From assembly GCF_018977255.1 (NCBI RefSeq), contig NW_024704742.1:88476001-88540000 (forward strand): a stretch of DNA of 64,000 nucleotides, read 5' to 3'. This document shows, piece by piece, positions 51,690 through 64,000 of the stretch. This DNA comes from Callorhinchus milii. Taxonomy: Eukaryota. Each line of letters begins with the position of its first letter. The first letter of the stretch is position 1. The position numbers and the translations under genes were made by a program. The notes under the pieces were generated by a model. It saw nothing but the letters and a program-made list of their open reading frames with translations, did no database searches and was not told where the DNA came from.

Positions 51690-54563
51690 CCCCTTAATTC
51701 TCCTTGCATCTGATATAGTGGCTTCTCATGTCAATGAACCTCTTCAAAGACCTTACTATCCATGACCTCATTCTGGATGAGCACATTGATATTCTTGGGC
51801 TTCCAGAAACCTGGCTCTCCCCATGTGACCCCATTCCCCTCTTTGAAGCCTCCTCTCCTGCACATTTATCACCCCCACCCCCAACCAACATTGTGGCAGG
51901 GTGGCCCTCATCTCCCAAGCTTCCCTTGTTCTAACCCCTATTCCTCTGGTTGTTTCCCCGTCTTTGAGCACCTCATCCTCCACCATCCCTCCGCTCTCTC
52001 CCTCAAACTCCTCCAAGTTTACGGCTCCCTCCTGGCTCCTTCCTCATTGATATCTCCTCTCTCCTCTCGTCCCTGTACCTCTGCACTGAACAACTGCTTA
52101 TAATGGATGATTTCAACCTCCACCTAAACTTCCCTTGCAGCACCTCCTCAGATTTTATTGCCCTCCTCTCCTCCCTAAACCTCACCCTCCACATCGACCC
52201 ACAACTGTGGCCACTCCCTCGACCTCATCATCACATATGGCCTTGACATTTCCAACCTGTCCATCATGGACAAGGCCATCTAGGACCACTTCATCTTCCT
52301 CTCCTCCCGCATCCCCCTCCCCTCTTCTAAGCCCCCCACATTTTTTTTCCGCCCCTGAAAAAAGCTTCCCTCTGAGTCCCTCATGAATGCCCTCTCTTCC
52401 TTGGACCTCCTCACCCTCTGGCCCTACACCTGCAGCGATCCTGATGCAGTCATCAAGCTGCTGAATGACCGTCTCTCCATAACCTTCAATTGCCTGGCAC
52501 ACCTGAAATCCAGGGTTGTTTCCAAATCAACCCATTCCCCCTGGTACAACAGTCATCTCACTCAAAACACAAACCTGGATGCTCGAGCACAGATGGCAGA
52601 AATCCAGCCTTAAGATTCACGGCCAGGTGTAGCCCGAGCATCTCCACACTTACCCCTCTCCCTTTCACAGAGCAAAACTGACTTTTACTCCAAAGTCATC
52701 CTGTAGCAAACAACAATCCAAACACGCTGTTTCCCACCATTCATCACTTCCTTCGTGCACATCCTCAAGCTCCCTCTATCCTCACATCAAACACCAAGTG
52801 TGAAGAGGTCCTAGACTTCTTCACCTCAAAAATTGAAAACATCTGCTTGGCTGCATCGCCTTCCCCCCATGACCCCTTTCACCCCATCCAGACCATCCAT
52901 ACCACCTTTTTCCCTCTGCCACGGCTCCTGACACTCCCCCCTCCTTACACTCCTTTGCCCCCATTTCTTCCTCTTCCCTCTCAACCACAATCACCCAAGT
53001 GAAGTTCACCACCTGCTGCCTCAACTCCCGACCTACCAGCTGCTGGTTAGTCAACTCCCCCTCCTTTCCCCCCTGCTGGCCGACACAGTCAACCAGTCTC
53101 TCTCCTCAGTCTCTGTTCCACTCCCCCTGAAAACCCACTGTTATCACAAACCCCCTCAAAAAACCCACCCTCGATCTGTCTAATCTCTCACACTACCATC
53201 TCATTTTCAATCTGCCCTTCCTTGCCAAGTCCTGGAACGCATTGTTGCAGGTCAACTTCGGTCACACCTCTCCCTCCACTGCCTCCTCGAGTCCCTGCAG
53301 TCTGGTGTTTGCCCTGCCCACAGCACAGTGACAAGGCTTGTCAAAGTCACAAATGATGTCCTCTCTATCTGTGACCAGGGCTTCCTTTGCCTCCATGTCC
53401 TCCTGGATTTCTCTGCCGCGTTCAACATAGTTGACCACGCCATCCTCCTCCATCGGTTCTCCTCTCTCATCTACCTCAGTGGTTAAGTACTAGTTAACCA
53501 CCGCCTCCATTTCATCTGAGCAAATGGTTTCTCTTCCTGCACCCGCCTGGTCACCTGCGGGGTACCCCAGGGCTCCATTCTTGGCCCTCTACTTTTCCTT
53601 CTCTATCTGCTCCTTCTGGGCAATGTCATCCGAAGACACGGGATAAACTTCCACATGTATGCGAATGGCACACAAATCTACTTTGCCTCCAGCACCAACT
53701 TCAGGTCCGTCGATGTTCTATCAGCTTGTCTGGCAGATATCAAGGCCAGGATGAGTGTAACCTTCGTGCAGCTGAATATGGACAAACGGAATCCATACTC
53801 CTTCGTTTCTGTTAACATCTTCACTCCTGCGGATCTAAACTCCTCAACCTCCCTGGGCTCTCCCTCAGACTCACCAAACCAGTGCGCAATTTAGGCGTCC
53901 AGTTCAACCCCTAGCTGTCCTTCCTCCCCCATATCCGGTCACCTTCTTCCACCTCTGCCATATTGCCTGCATCTAACCGTACCTTACGGTTGCATGCGTT
54001 TGTCACCTCCGGCTTGATTACTCCAACGAACTCCTCGCAGGTTTCCCCATCTCCACCATTCACAAGATCCAGCTCATTCAAAATTCTTCCGCCCACATAC
54101 TGACCCGTACCAAAATCTGTACCCACATCTCACCAGTTCTGGCCAGGCTCCACCAGCTTCCCATCACTGAATGGATCGACTTCAAGATCTTCACACTCAT
54201 GTTCAAATCCATTCATTCCCTGCCACCTCCCTACCTCTCGGATCTCCTCACTCCCCAATCCACCACCCGGTGCCTCTGCTTGACTGGCACCGGCCTTGTG
54301 CTCGTCCCTCGTACCCTCCACCCCGCCATCGGAGGTCAAACTTTCAGCCACTGCGCCCCAAAAACTCTGGAACACTCTCCTTCAATCCCTCTGCCCTGTC
54401 CCCCCTCTCCCCTCTTTCAAGTCCCAGCTGAAAACTTTCCTCTTCGACCATGCTTATGGCCACCTCCCCCTCCCCCGGCTCGGAGTCAGGCTCCGCCATT
54501 GTTAAGCGCTCTGAGACGCTACCCTGCATGGAGGGCACTATATAGCTGCAAGTTGTTGTTGTT
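51690..54563 (+). mobile_element. L2 LINE with near-complete pseudogenised ORF2 (APE endonuclease + RT)
   Basis: IDILGLPETWL and IMDDFNLH (APE), [36 protein letters not shown] (RT), (GTT)n tail; many stops and frameshifts. Confidence 0.9.
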
Positions 54564-55314
54564 CATAGGATTTTACTGGAAAATGCAGGTTACTGTAGTT
54601 GTAGGTAAATGCAGCAGCCAATTTGCACACAGCAATGACTCACAAACAGCCAAACTGTCCTCCTTGGGTGGGAGGTAAGTGGTGTCTTGTTGGAGCTGCA
54701 CTGATTCCAAGGTGACATGTTGTGGTAACTGAATGTTAGAATCAAGCCAGTCCTCTGTGATGGTCTCAGTAGTCCGGTTCCTGAGCTAGGCAGGTCCGCG
54801 TTACTCCAGGGCACTGCTGATGACAGCCCAGTCAGGCTGGCTGAACAGCAAGACTTGGAAGGGCCATGGCTCTTGCCAACCTATGCCTAATATTTTATGG
54901 AATTAGCTAAGCAAGGTGCATCCCTCCAGGGACAGAGTGCTCATTCTATACCATGCACAGGTGGGATGTATGGACTCTGTTTGGTTTGGGTACTCTTAAG
55001 CATCCACATTTTTGAGATACCTGGCTGACCAAAAAGAACAGGCGTGAAATGAATGATTAATTTTATCTGGGGCATTGTTGGCCAGGACACTAGAAGAAAC
55101 TTCTTCCTCTTTTCAAACAGTGCCACAGGATCTTTAACGTCCACAGACAAGACGTTAGCTTAAAATGTTATTCTGAAGATGGCACCTCCAACAATGCTGG
55201 CCTCCCCCTGCACTGCATTTGAGTCTCAGCCCAAACTGAGATCTCAGAAGTGCGACGGGGGTTTGAAACCACAACTTTCTAACTGAAGTGAGAGAGGTAC
55301 CAACTGGAGTCCTG

Positions 55315-55645
55315 TGGAGTCCTGTAGCTCAGTGGTTAGAGCACTCGCTTTGCAAGCGAGAGACCTGAGTTCAATTCCAGGCAGGGCGAAACCTTGGGCA
55401 AGTTTCCTTACTCCACACAGAGCCTAATAATAATCCCTCCAAAAAAACAAAAACAATAATAAATTGGTCATTTTCAATCTACGACTGTTTGTGGGACATT
55501 GCTGTGCGCAATTGGCTGCCGCGTTCGCCCACAAATATACAGTCAATTCACTTTACAGTGTGTTCTGTGAAGCGCTCTGGGACGTCCTCCCGACGTGAAA
55601 AGCGCTGTATCAAATGCAAGGATTATTATTATTATTATTATTATT
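55315..55645 (+). mobile_element. Family A SINE (tRNA-Ala-like head), very young, nested in a family B SINE (55045-55660, minus)
   Basis: Head with CTCGC-TTTGCAA-GCGAG anticodon arm (TGC), Deu body, L2-type tail, (ATT)n; TSD AACTG at 55302-55306 and 55646-55650. Confidence 0.9.
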
Positions 55646-56930
55646 AACTGAGCCAGGCTGCTATGTATGCTACGAAAACAGGTGAGAATCAATTATTAGT
55701 CAGCGTTAGCTAACCACAAAAGCCTCCATGCAGAGTGCCAGTAATTCTATTACCTAATTGCAGCCAAGCAGAAAAGGTACCTTTAGCATTTTACCATCAC
55801 GATGCAGTCTCTGATATCATTTTAACAACCACTGCTGAGCTCAGAAAAATAACTTAACTAATTATATTTTATATTAGTAGGGGAATGATTCCAATTAATG
55901 TAAGCACATCTAACGTTTTCTGATACTTCAAGCCTTTTATGTCTTAAACTGACTTTATCATCATCAACAGATTCAAAATAATTGGGTTTATTTGGGAGTT
56001 TTTTTGAAATCTGCAATATAAAATGAGTATTTAAATCTTACTGATGAATAATTCATTGGGAAACATTACAATCGCATTTTTCAACAATACCACTTAGCCC
56101 AATAACTGGATCAAAGCTCCTTGCATTATATTGTATAATTGCGTCCTGAATGAAACATTTGCAATTGTAACCTTTTGATGGGGAAATTAATTTATAGAGT
56201 TCATCTGACTCCAGGAAACGTCTATACAGTTAGATCAATTGAACAGCAGCCTAAAGAAAAGAGTGCCTCATGTTAAGATCCTCCAAGTTGTCCCCCAACA
56301 GTGCACCCCACCAAATGGGAGCAGGTGGACACCTCATCCCATCGATTCACTGTAGGTTGAGATACAAGAGGGAATAGTTGAGGGATATAAATCAAAGTTA
56401 TGTTTACTGAGCAGAGGAAGTGGTCAGGATAGTAGGGTCACAGGAGATCGCAGAGTTAAGGTAGGCCGTGGAGGGATTTAAAGGAGAGAGTGAGGGTCTT
56501 GAACTGCACTGGGGACTCTCTTGTGATCTCTGTAAGAAGCTTCTATGGAGTTTCTGCACAGTTCTATGCACCTACTATCCATGCAGCACAGCTAAAAATT
56601 ACATTTGTATAGCACCTTTCACCTCAGGACAAAGCCCCTTGCAGGAACAAGGCTGTGCAAAAGTCACTCAGCAAGACTCACCCCCTTGAAAATGTAATAT
56701 CTACAAAACTGTTTGTGCTGTACACCATAAGAACAATAAATAAATATTTGAGAACAGCTTGTAACTGAACAACATAATGGAATAAAAATACTTATCAAGT
56801 GTACGTGAATATAATTAACGAATGAATTTCATTTTAAAACCAAGTAAACATATCAATAGAGGGCCTGCCAATGTCTCAAAAATTAAATACACCACATTGT
56901 GTGGTATTGAACCAGGGAGGTCTCATATTC

Positions 56931-58158
56931 AACAGCAACAACAACAAAAACTTGGATTTTTATAGCGCCCTCCACACCGGATGGCGTCTCAGTGCGCTTC
57001 ACAGTAACGGATCTCGGGCCCGAGCTAGGAGGAGGGGGAGGAAGGTGACCAAAGGCGCGGTACAAAAAAAGGTCTTCAGCAGAGACCTGAAAATAGTGGG
57101 AGCAAAGCGAAGGGAGTGAGGAAGGGAGTTCCAGAGCCTCGGGACATAGTGACTGAAGGCACGACCGCCGAGGGTGGAGCAGAGAACTCGGGGGATGAGG
57201 AGGAGGCCAGACCCGGAGGAACAAAGGCAACGGGTACTGTTTTGAGGAGAGAGGTGGTCAGAGAGGTAGGGGGGTGCAGAGGAGTGGAGGGACTTGAATA
57301 CAAAGGTGAGGATCTTGAAGGCGATCCTCTCTGGGATAGGCAGCCAGTGCAGTCTGGCAAGGACTGGGATAATCGGGGAGTGGAGTTTCGTGCAGGTGAG
57401 AATGTGGGCAGCAGAGTTTTGAATAATCTGGATTTTATGGATAGTAGTGGAGGGAGACAGGTGAGGAGGGCATTAGAATAGCCCAGCCGAGAGGTGACAA
57501 AGGCATGGACCAGGGTTTCAGCGGCTTTCGAAGAGAGGTATTGGCAGAGACGGGCGATGCGTTGGAGGTGGAAGAAAGCGGTGTTGGTGAGGGACCGGAT
57601 ATGGGGGAGGAAGGATAATTGGGGGTTGAACCTAACGCCTAGGTTGTGTACGGGTTCAGAGAGTTTTAAGGGGAGTTCAGGTAGGTTGAGGAGATGAGAA
57701 CCGTGAGATTTTAGACGTTGATGAGAGCCTAAGAGTATAGCTTCCGTCTTGTTAACGTTCAGCAGAAGGAAATTTGCACTCATCCAACCCCTGAGATCTG
57801 ACGGGCAGGCTGACCGAACATCAGGGGACTGGGGGTCACAAAAAGAGGTGGAAAAATAGAGTTGGGTGTCATCCGGATACATGTGGAAATGTACCCCATG
57901 TCTGCGGATGACATCCCCAAGAGGGACCATGTAGATTAGAAAGTGGAGGGGGCCAAGGATGGATCCTTGGGGTACCCCGCAGCTAACTGGCATGATCGAC
58001 TGTGTCAAACACGGCGGAGAGGTCCAGGAGATTAAGGAGGCAGAGGGAGCCCTGGTCACAGATAGAGAGGATATCGTTTGTGACTTTCACAAGCGCAGTC
58101 TCTGTACTGTGGGCAGGGCGGAAACCGGACTGGAGGGGTCCAAAGAGGGAGTGGGCAG
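56931..58158 (-). mobile_element. L2 LINE RT/3' region with an internal deletion
   Basis: [46 protein letters not shown]; (AAC)n tail at the left end; the region between TVDH and SCGVPQG is missing at ~57990. Confidence 0.9.
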
Positions 58159-59333
58159 GGTTAGGACAATTCTTGCATTCAGTCCCAATTTCAAAGCTGT
58201 TACGTAGAACTCTTTGAAGAACCGCAGAAAACAGGCTTCAAAACTACTACTAATAAAATAATAATAATCCTTGCATTTGATATAGCGTATTCCTACTTAC
58301 AGCTAGACTTAGATTTAATTGAAGGATTAAAAAAATGTAAGAATTGTCCAAAAAGTTTTGTAAGGCTAAGAAAAAAGCCTAAATTAGACCCGGGCAGATT
58401 TTCTTCCCCTCCCACGGATTGTTATCCAGAAATCCCTGCTGGAAGCTCACGTTTGGCATCTTTGGGTAAGAACACAGTTGTTGTTGAGCCTTCTGAGACC
58501 CATTGAAAAATTAGCTTTCAAGTGAGACAAACCAGGATGAGTTACTGCTTGTGATCAGGGGAGAAAGAAATGGAGGAAACTGGACAAGGAAAAAGATTCA
58601 ACAGTTGGTAAGATACTTAAGGACTTACAAAATAGCATGAAATATAATGCAGTGAGTTATGGAGAATCTTATGTATTTTTGCAGTAACATGCGATTTAAA
58701 AACAATGTGCACTTTTGCAAAATTTGCAACGGCTGTCTGCCGAGCTTTGGGAGGAGTTGTCACTTTTCCTCCAGGAGTATCGCACTCTGAATGAAGAGGC
58801 ACAGTGTTTAACTGATTGCTGATTCCAAACCCTCAAAGACTGACCTCTGGAGAACTTGAGTGGGCACTGAGCGACTCCGTCCTTGAGCTAAGGGGACAAG
58901 ATTTTAGGGGTTTGCTGTTGCATCTGTCGTTGTGACCAGATTTGACCTCTCCCATCAAATGCATGCCATGTTATGTGATGTAGTCAAGTTATTCTGCATC
59001 TGAATGAAACCAGGGAACATAGTGTCCCTGACATTTTCATGGTCTGGTGTTTCTGGCCAATGATCTTGTTTCCAGTGTTCTGCATATGTGGTGGGAACAG
59101 CTGAAGGGCAACATTTGTCCACTGTGATTGATGTGTCTCTATGTCACTAGTAGTAATTTGCTGACTTGTGAACTAGAGTTGGCTCTGCCACAACTGTAAG
59201 ATCTTTGTGCAGCTAAACAGCAATAGTGCATGAATTGGATGAAATTATAATGATATAAGTGGTGGCCTTTTGTTGTGGGGAATAGAAAGAATAATTGGCA
59301 CTGTTAGATAATAAATCTTGTTCTGTTTTACAG

Positions 59334-59474
59334 GTGTTTTGATCGGAATTCTTGTGCATGAATACGGCAATCTGACAAAGCTCGAGATATACTACTTTGG
59401 GTTTCCTGGAGAGATTTTGATGAGAATGCTGAAGCTGGTTATTTTACCATTAATTGTATCCAGTATGATAACAG
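59334..59474 (+). CDS. slc1a1: Excitatory amino acid transporter 3, coding exon 2
   Basis: Acceptor TTCTGTTTTACAG|, 141 nt, in phase with exon 1: (G)[46 protein letters not shown](G), carrying the SLC1 signature [11 protein letters not shown]; donor CAG|GTAAAT. Not called in the ORF track. Confidence 0.97.
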
Positions 59475-59547
59475 GTAAATGATTCAGTCATGTTATTGAA
59501 TAATAGGAGTACCAAAGCAGAAATTACTATCAACCATGGCATGTCTT

Positions 59548-61315
59548 AGTTGTAATGGGGGACAAGGACATGGCAGAGTCCCTAAATGGGTACTTTGCAT
59601 CTGTCTTCACCCTAGAAGACACAACAAGTCCGCCAACAATAGAGATGCACCAAAGGGATAAGGACAGGGAGCAACTTAGGAAAATTTTCATCAGTAGAGA
59701 ATTAGTGCTAGGGAAACTGTTAGCACTAAAAAGTGACAAATCCCCTGGTCTGGATGGCTTGCATCCCAGGGTTTTAAAAGAGGTAGCTTATGAGAGAGTG
59801 GAGGCCTTGTGTCTGATCTTCCAAAATTCCTTGAATTCTGGAACAGTCCCCATGGATTGGAAGATCGCAAATGTCACACCACTATTTAAAAAAGGTGGAA
59901 AGGAAAAGATGGGGAACTATAGGCCAGTTAGTCTCACATCAGTGATAGGAACATTTTTAGAATCATTGATTAATGATGCGGTAGTGCGGTATTTAGGGGA
60001 ACACAATATAATTAGGCCAAGTCAACATGGCTTTACAAAAGGGAAGTCATGTTTGACAAATCTCATAGAGTTTTTTGAGGACATTTCCAGTAAACTAGAT
60101 AAGGGTGAATCAGTGGATGTGGTCTATTTGGACTTCCAGAAGGCATTCGATAAGGTGCCGCATAAAAGGTTAGTCCAAAAGATAAGGGCCCATGGAATTG
60201 GGGGGAGCATATTAACATGGATTGGGGAATGGTTAACGGGTAGGAAACAAAGAGTAGGGATAAACGGGTCCTTTTCAGATTGGCGGGATGTGACTAGTGG
60301 AGTGCCACAAGGATCAGTCCTTGGGCCTCAGCTATTTACCATCTACATCAACGATCTAGATGAGGACATCGAAGTTAATATATCTAAATTCGCGGATGAC
60401 ACAAAACTAGGAGGAAGTGTCAACACAGAGGACAACATTAAAAAAATGCAGCGAGACATAGATAGGTTAGGTGATTGGGCAGGTAGGTGGCAGATGAAGT
60501 ATAATGTAGGGAAGTGCGAAGTCATCCACCTGGTAGCAAAAACAGTAGAGCGGGTTATTTTTTAGAAGGGGAGAGATTGGAATGTGTTAGCGTCCAGAGG
60601 GACTTGGGGGTCCTTGTATACCAATCACAGAAAGTTAGTCTGCAGGTGCAGCAGCAATTAGGAAGGCGAACGGTATGTTAGCATTCATTATGAAAGGATT
60701 AGAGTATAAGAGTAGGGAAGTCTTGCTGCAACTGTATAGGGCCCTGGTGAGACCACACCTGGAATACTGTGTCCAGCTTTGGTCTCCTTATTTAAGGAAG
60801 GATGTACTTGCCTTGGAGGGGGTGCAGCGTAGATTTACTAGGTTAGTACCAGGGATGAAGGGGATGAGTTACGAGGATAGGTTGACCAATTTGGCCCTAT
60901 ATCCTCTAGAATATAGAAGAATTAGAGGAGATCTTATAGAAACCTATCAGATCATCAAAGGGCATGATAGAGTAGATACTGGGAGATTGTTTCCCCTGGT
61001 TGGAGAAACTAAAACCAGGGATCACAACCTTAAAATCAGAGGCCAGCCCTTTCACACTGAGTTGAGGAAGAACTTCTTCACTCAAAGGGTGGTGAATGTA
61101 TGGAATTCACTACCCCAAAGGGCTGTTGACGCTCAGTCCTTGAACATATTCAAGACTGAGATAGATAGATTTCTTATTGCAAAAGGGATTAAGGGATATG
61201 GGATAAGGCAGGGTCAGGTTATTAGCTGGAGTTAGATTAGAAGATCAGCCATGATTGAATGGCGGGGCAGGCTCAAAGGGCCAAATGGCCTACACCTGCT
61301 CCTACATGTTATGTT
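59548..61315 (+). mobile_element. Young 5'-truncated CR1 LINE (RT + C-terminus, two frameshifts)
   Basis: NYRPVSLTS, YLDFQKAFDKVPH, GVPQGSVLGP, KFADDTKL, RPHLEYCVQ, RKNFFTQRVV..WNSLP; (ATGTT)n tail; TSD ATGTCTT at 59541-59547 and 61316-61322. Confidence 0.95.
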
Positions 61316-63169
61316 ATGTCTTCGAAAAGGGAAGTTCTTGAGATTCTATATATTAATGCTCTAATCAGCTAATAATTGAACTGCATAATTCTATTATTTC
61401 AGAGGCAGAAATATGATATTCCTTTACTATGCTCCAACAAATGTGTCAGCCTGGCTTAGTTGGCAGCACTGTTGCCTGAGTCTATTCGCTAGTGTTCCAC
61501 CAACATTTTCTTGTAATTTTTATATCATAGTCATAGGGCAGATGCATTCAGTCATGCTGTAAAGAAATATCAGCTGGACTTTAGAAGGCTTGTTGATGAA
61601 TCACATTGGACCTTTCAGAACTCCAGAGGTGCTATTTCATCCTTTCAGCCATTGCTCAGAGTGCTACTTCCTCCCCTCAGCCATTGCTTGACAGAATTAA
61701 AGAGGAAAAAAGACAAAGGAAACCTATCAATGTCTTTAAAATACAGTAATGATAAACATGGATACTGTAGATGTAAACAGGCTACTTTCTTTACCACCAT
61801 GAGAATGGAATAAAAGGGCCAAGGACAAACTGAAGGATGAAACTGAAAAACCTCAGTCAGGGATGATAATAAACAATTTTACCCCACAGAGTTGTGGAAC
61901 AGACCCCAGCGAAAATAGTTGATATTCATCAATGAACTCCTCAAGGGTAATTACAATACCATCAAAGACAAAATCTCAGCTAAATTTCAATGCAGAAAAA
62001 AACTGAAGTATGAAGTAATGAAGGTTGGATAATTAATTATCTTGTTCTTTACTTACCCACAAGGCATGTGGCTATTGAAATCTCCAGCAGTAAATGCTCT
62101 AACAGAACTTTCATTTGACCCTAGTTGCAACCTTATTGGAAACAGTCTAATCCATCAATATGGATTAAACACCACTTGTATTTAAGAGAATCATCATAGA
62201 TATCTCTCTAAGTATTTACTTATAGCAAACTGTAAAATTCACATCATATCTGGAAGATGAACAATCTAAATGCTGTTTTACCTTATTTGGATGCATTAAT
62301 CCAAAATCAGTCAATTTATATTCCAGAACATCTTATTATAGCTGAAAGGATACAAGAAACTGAACAACATAAAGTTCGCTCATTAATATTTTACAATTCA
62401 ATAATACTTTGCGAATAACAAGAATAAACTGCACCAACTATTGTTGAAGAGTCACATCCCTCTTACCGCAAAGTGTAATGGCTTTATAATAGAAAAATCA
62501 CATTAAAAGAAACATTTGAATTAAGCCGCAAGGACGTCTCAAAGAGCTTGACCAATCTAGATTGACAGCCAAGCTGGGAGTGAGAGCCAACGGGAGGTGG
62601 GGAAAGGGAAAGATAACTGAGAAGTTAGCCAAAGAACAAAGATTATAATTGTTTACTATACTAACAGCTCAACATAGAACATGTCTAATTGGGACCAACC
62701 TACCTACTAGGGCTCACCTCCCTCACTCCCACCCTGCATTAGTAAGAAGGATTCTGAGATGTGGTACTCAGTTTATCAACCTCAAATTGGAGATGATCGA
62801 AGTGACCTAATGAATGTCACGTCTGGATTCCCCCCCCCCCGCACCCCCCACCCCCGCTCTCCCAACCATTCTGAAATGGCTTTTCAAGTTCCTTTTAAAG
62901 TGAAAGCATAGATGCTCCAGAATGCCTCATGCTGTGCCTGCCACTATGACACTGACTGAGTTGTGGAGATTTGAAACACCAACCTCCATGAAGCTAAAAT
63001 AGTCGATAATGTTAAAGGTGTTAAATATCAAGTATTAATCAATACAATTTACATTTTATATAGGGACTTTTATGTCGGGAGGACGTCTTGAAGCACTTGA
63101 TAGTACTGGCTGGTCACATGAGCTGGGGGTGGGGACTGAGGGTTTGGGGAGGGCAAAGGTGACCAAAAG

Positions 63170-63468
63170 TATAATAATAATAATAATAATCCTTGCATTT
63201 GATATAGCGCTTTTCACATCGGGAGGACGTCCCAAAGCGCTTCACAGAATACACTGTATATTTGTGGGCAAACGCAGCAGCCAATTGCGCACAGCAATGT
63301 CCCACAAACAGTTGTAGATTGAAAATGACCAATTTATTATTGTTTTTAGTTTTGGAGGGATTATTATTAGACGTGTGGAGTAAGGAAATTTGCCCAAGGT
63401 TTCGCCCTGCCTGGAATTGAACTCAGGTCTCTCACTTGCAAAGCGAGTGCTCTAACCACTGAGCCACA
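63170..63468 (-). mobile_element. Family A SINE, young, abutting a minus-strand L2 tail (63045-63168)
   Basis: Near-exact reverse complement of 55320-55640 with a short internal deletion. Confidence 0.9.
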
Positions 63469-64000
63469 GTATGTCCAAAAGAGGCATGTTAATAATACTG
63501 TAAAATCATATTTTTTTAAAAAGGGCGAGCTGGAGGAGTACTTTACTCAGACTGCATCCTTCCCAAACTTTTTTTCTGTAACAACTAAACTTCTTATTAT
63601 CAGTCAATGCAAGTTCTTAAGCATCAATCCATTACCCCATTAATGTCGTTAACTCACTAATGCGGGCAGTATTTTTGCAACCTTTTTCACTTCAACATTG
63701 TATTAAAAAAAAGTAATAATAATTGGGTCACTCAATCCATGACTATTTGTGGGACATTGCTGTGAGCAATTGGCTTCTGCGTTTCACACTAAAAATATAC
63801 AGTCAATTCACTTTACTGTATATTCTGTGAAGCGTTTTGAAACGTCTATAAGACGTGATGAGGCACTATTACAATGCAAGGATTATTATATTATTATATA
63901 GCACAGCAATACAAACTCACGTGTCAGGTCAACCTGCTGATGTGGTCAAAATTCCGCAGTCTACAATTCTTCCCCAGCATTGCACTGCCGTCAGTTTACA

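Noticed and set aside
55319..55388. tRNA-Ala(TGC)-like cloverleaf (also at 11530, 48225 and minus-strand copies)
   Set aside because: Continues directly into a SINE body and tail; imperfect acceptor and T stems; a SINE head, not a tRNA gene.
59555..61235. RT ORFs as a host gene or retron/DGR-like system
   Set aside because: Canonical CR1 ORF2 motifs, 5' truncation, tail and TSD; an ordinary retrotransposon.

Overview
Vertebrate genomic DNA, most likely a cartilaginous fish (a holocephalan is inferred from the repeat content). It holds the first two coding exons of slc1a1 (EAAT3/EAAC1 glutamate transporter) on the + strand: 39567-39657 and 59334-59474, separated by a ~19.7 kb intron. The first ~5 kb looks like the 5'/promoter region of a divergently transcribed minus-strand gene, probably glis3 by known vertebrate synteny, but no glis3 coding sequence is visible. 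The rest is dense with L2 and CR1 LINE fragments, two tRNA-headed Deu-domain SINE families with L2-type tails, a hAT-type MITE, a Tc1/mariner remnant and an unclassified ~400 bp repeat family. I found no new protein-coding system. The most interesting signals are structural: two paralogous minus-strand exon-end modules with identical spacing (2.4 and 4.0 kb), a three-piece templated insertion with junction microhomologies (10.7-10.9 kb), an old ~1.4-1.9 kb inverted duplication in slc1a1 intron 1, a strong CTCF motif between inverted repeat copies (25.45 kb), and a young CR1 inserted ~70 bp after the exon 2 donor. Repeat boundaries were read by eye and are approximate unless a TSD or splice site is quoted.
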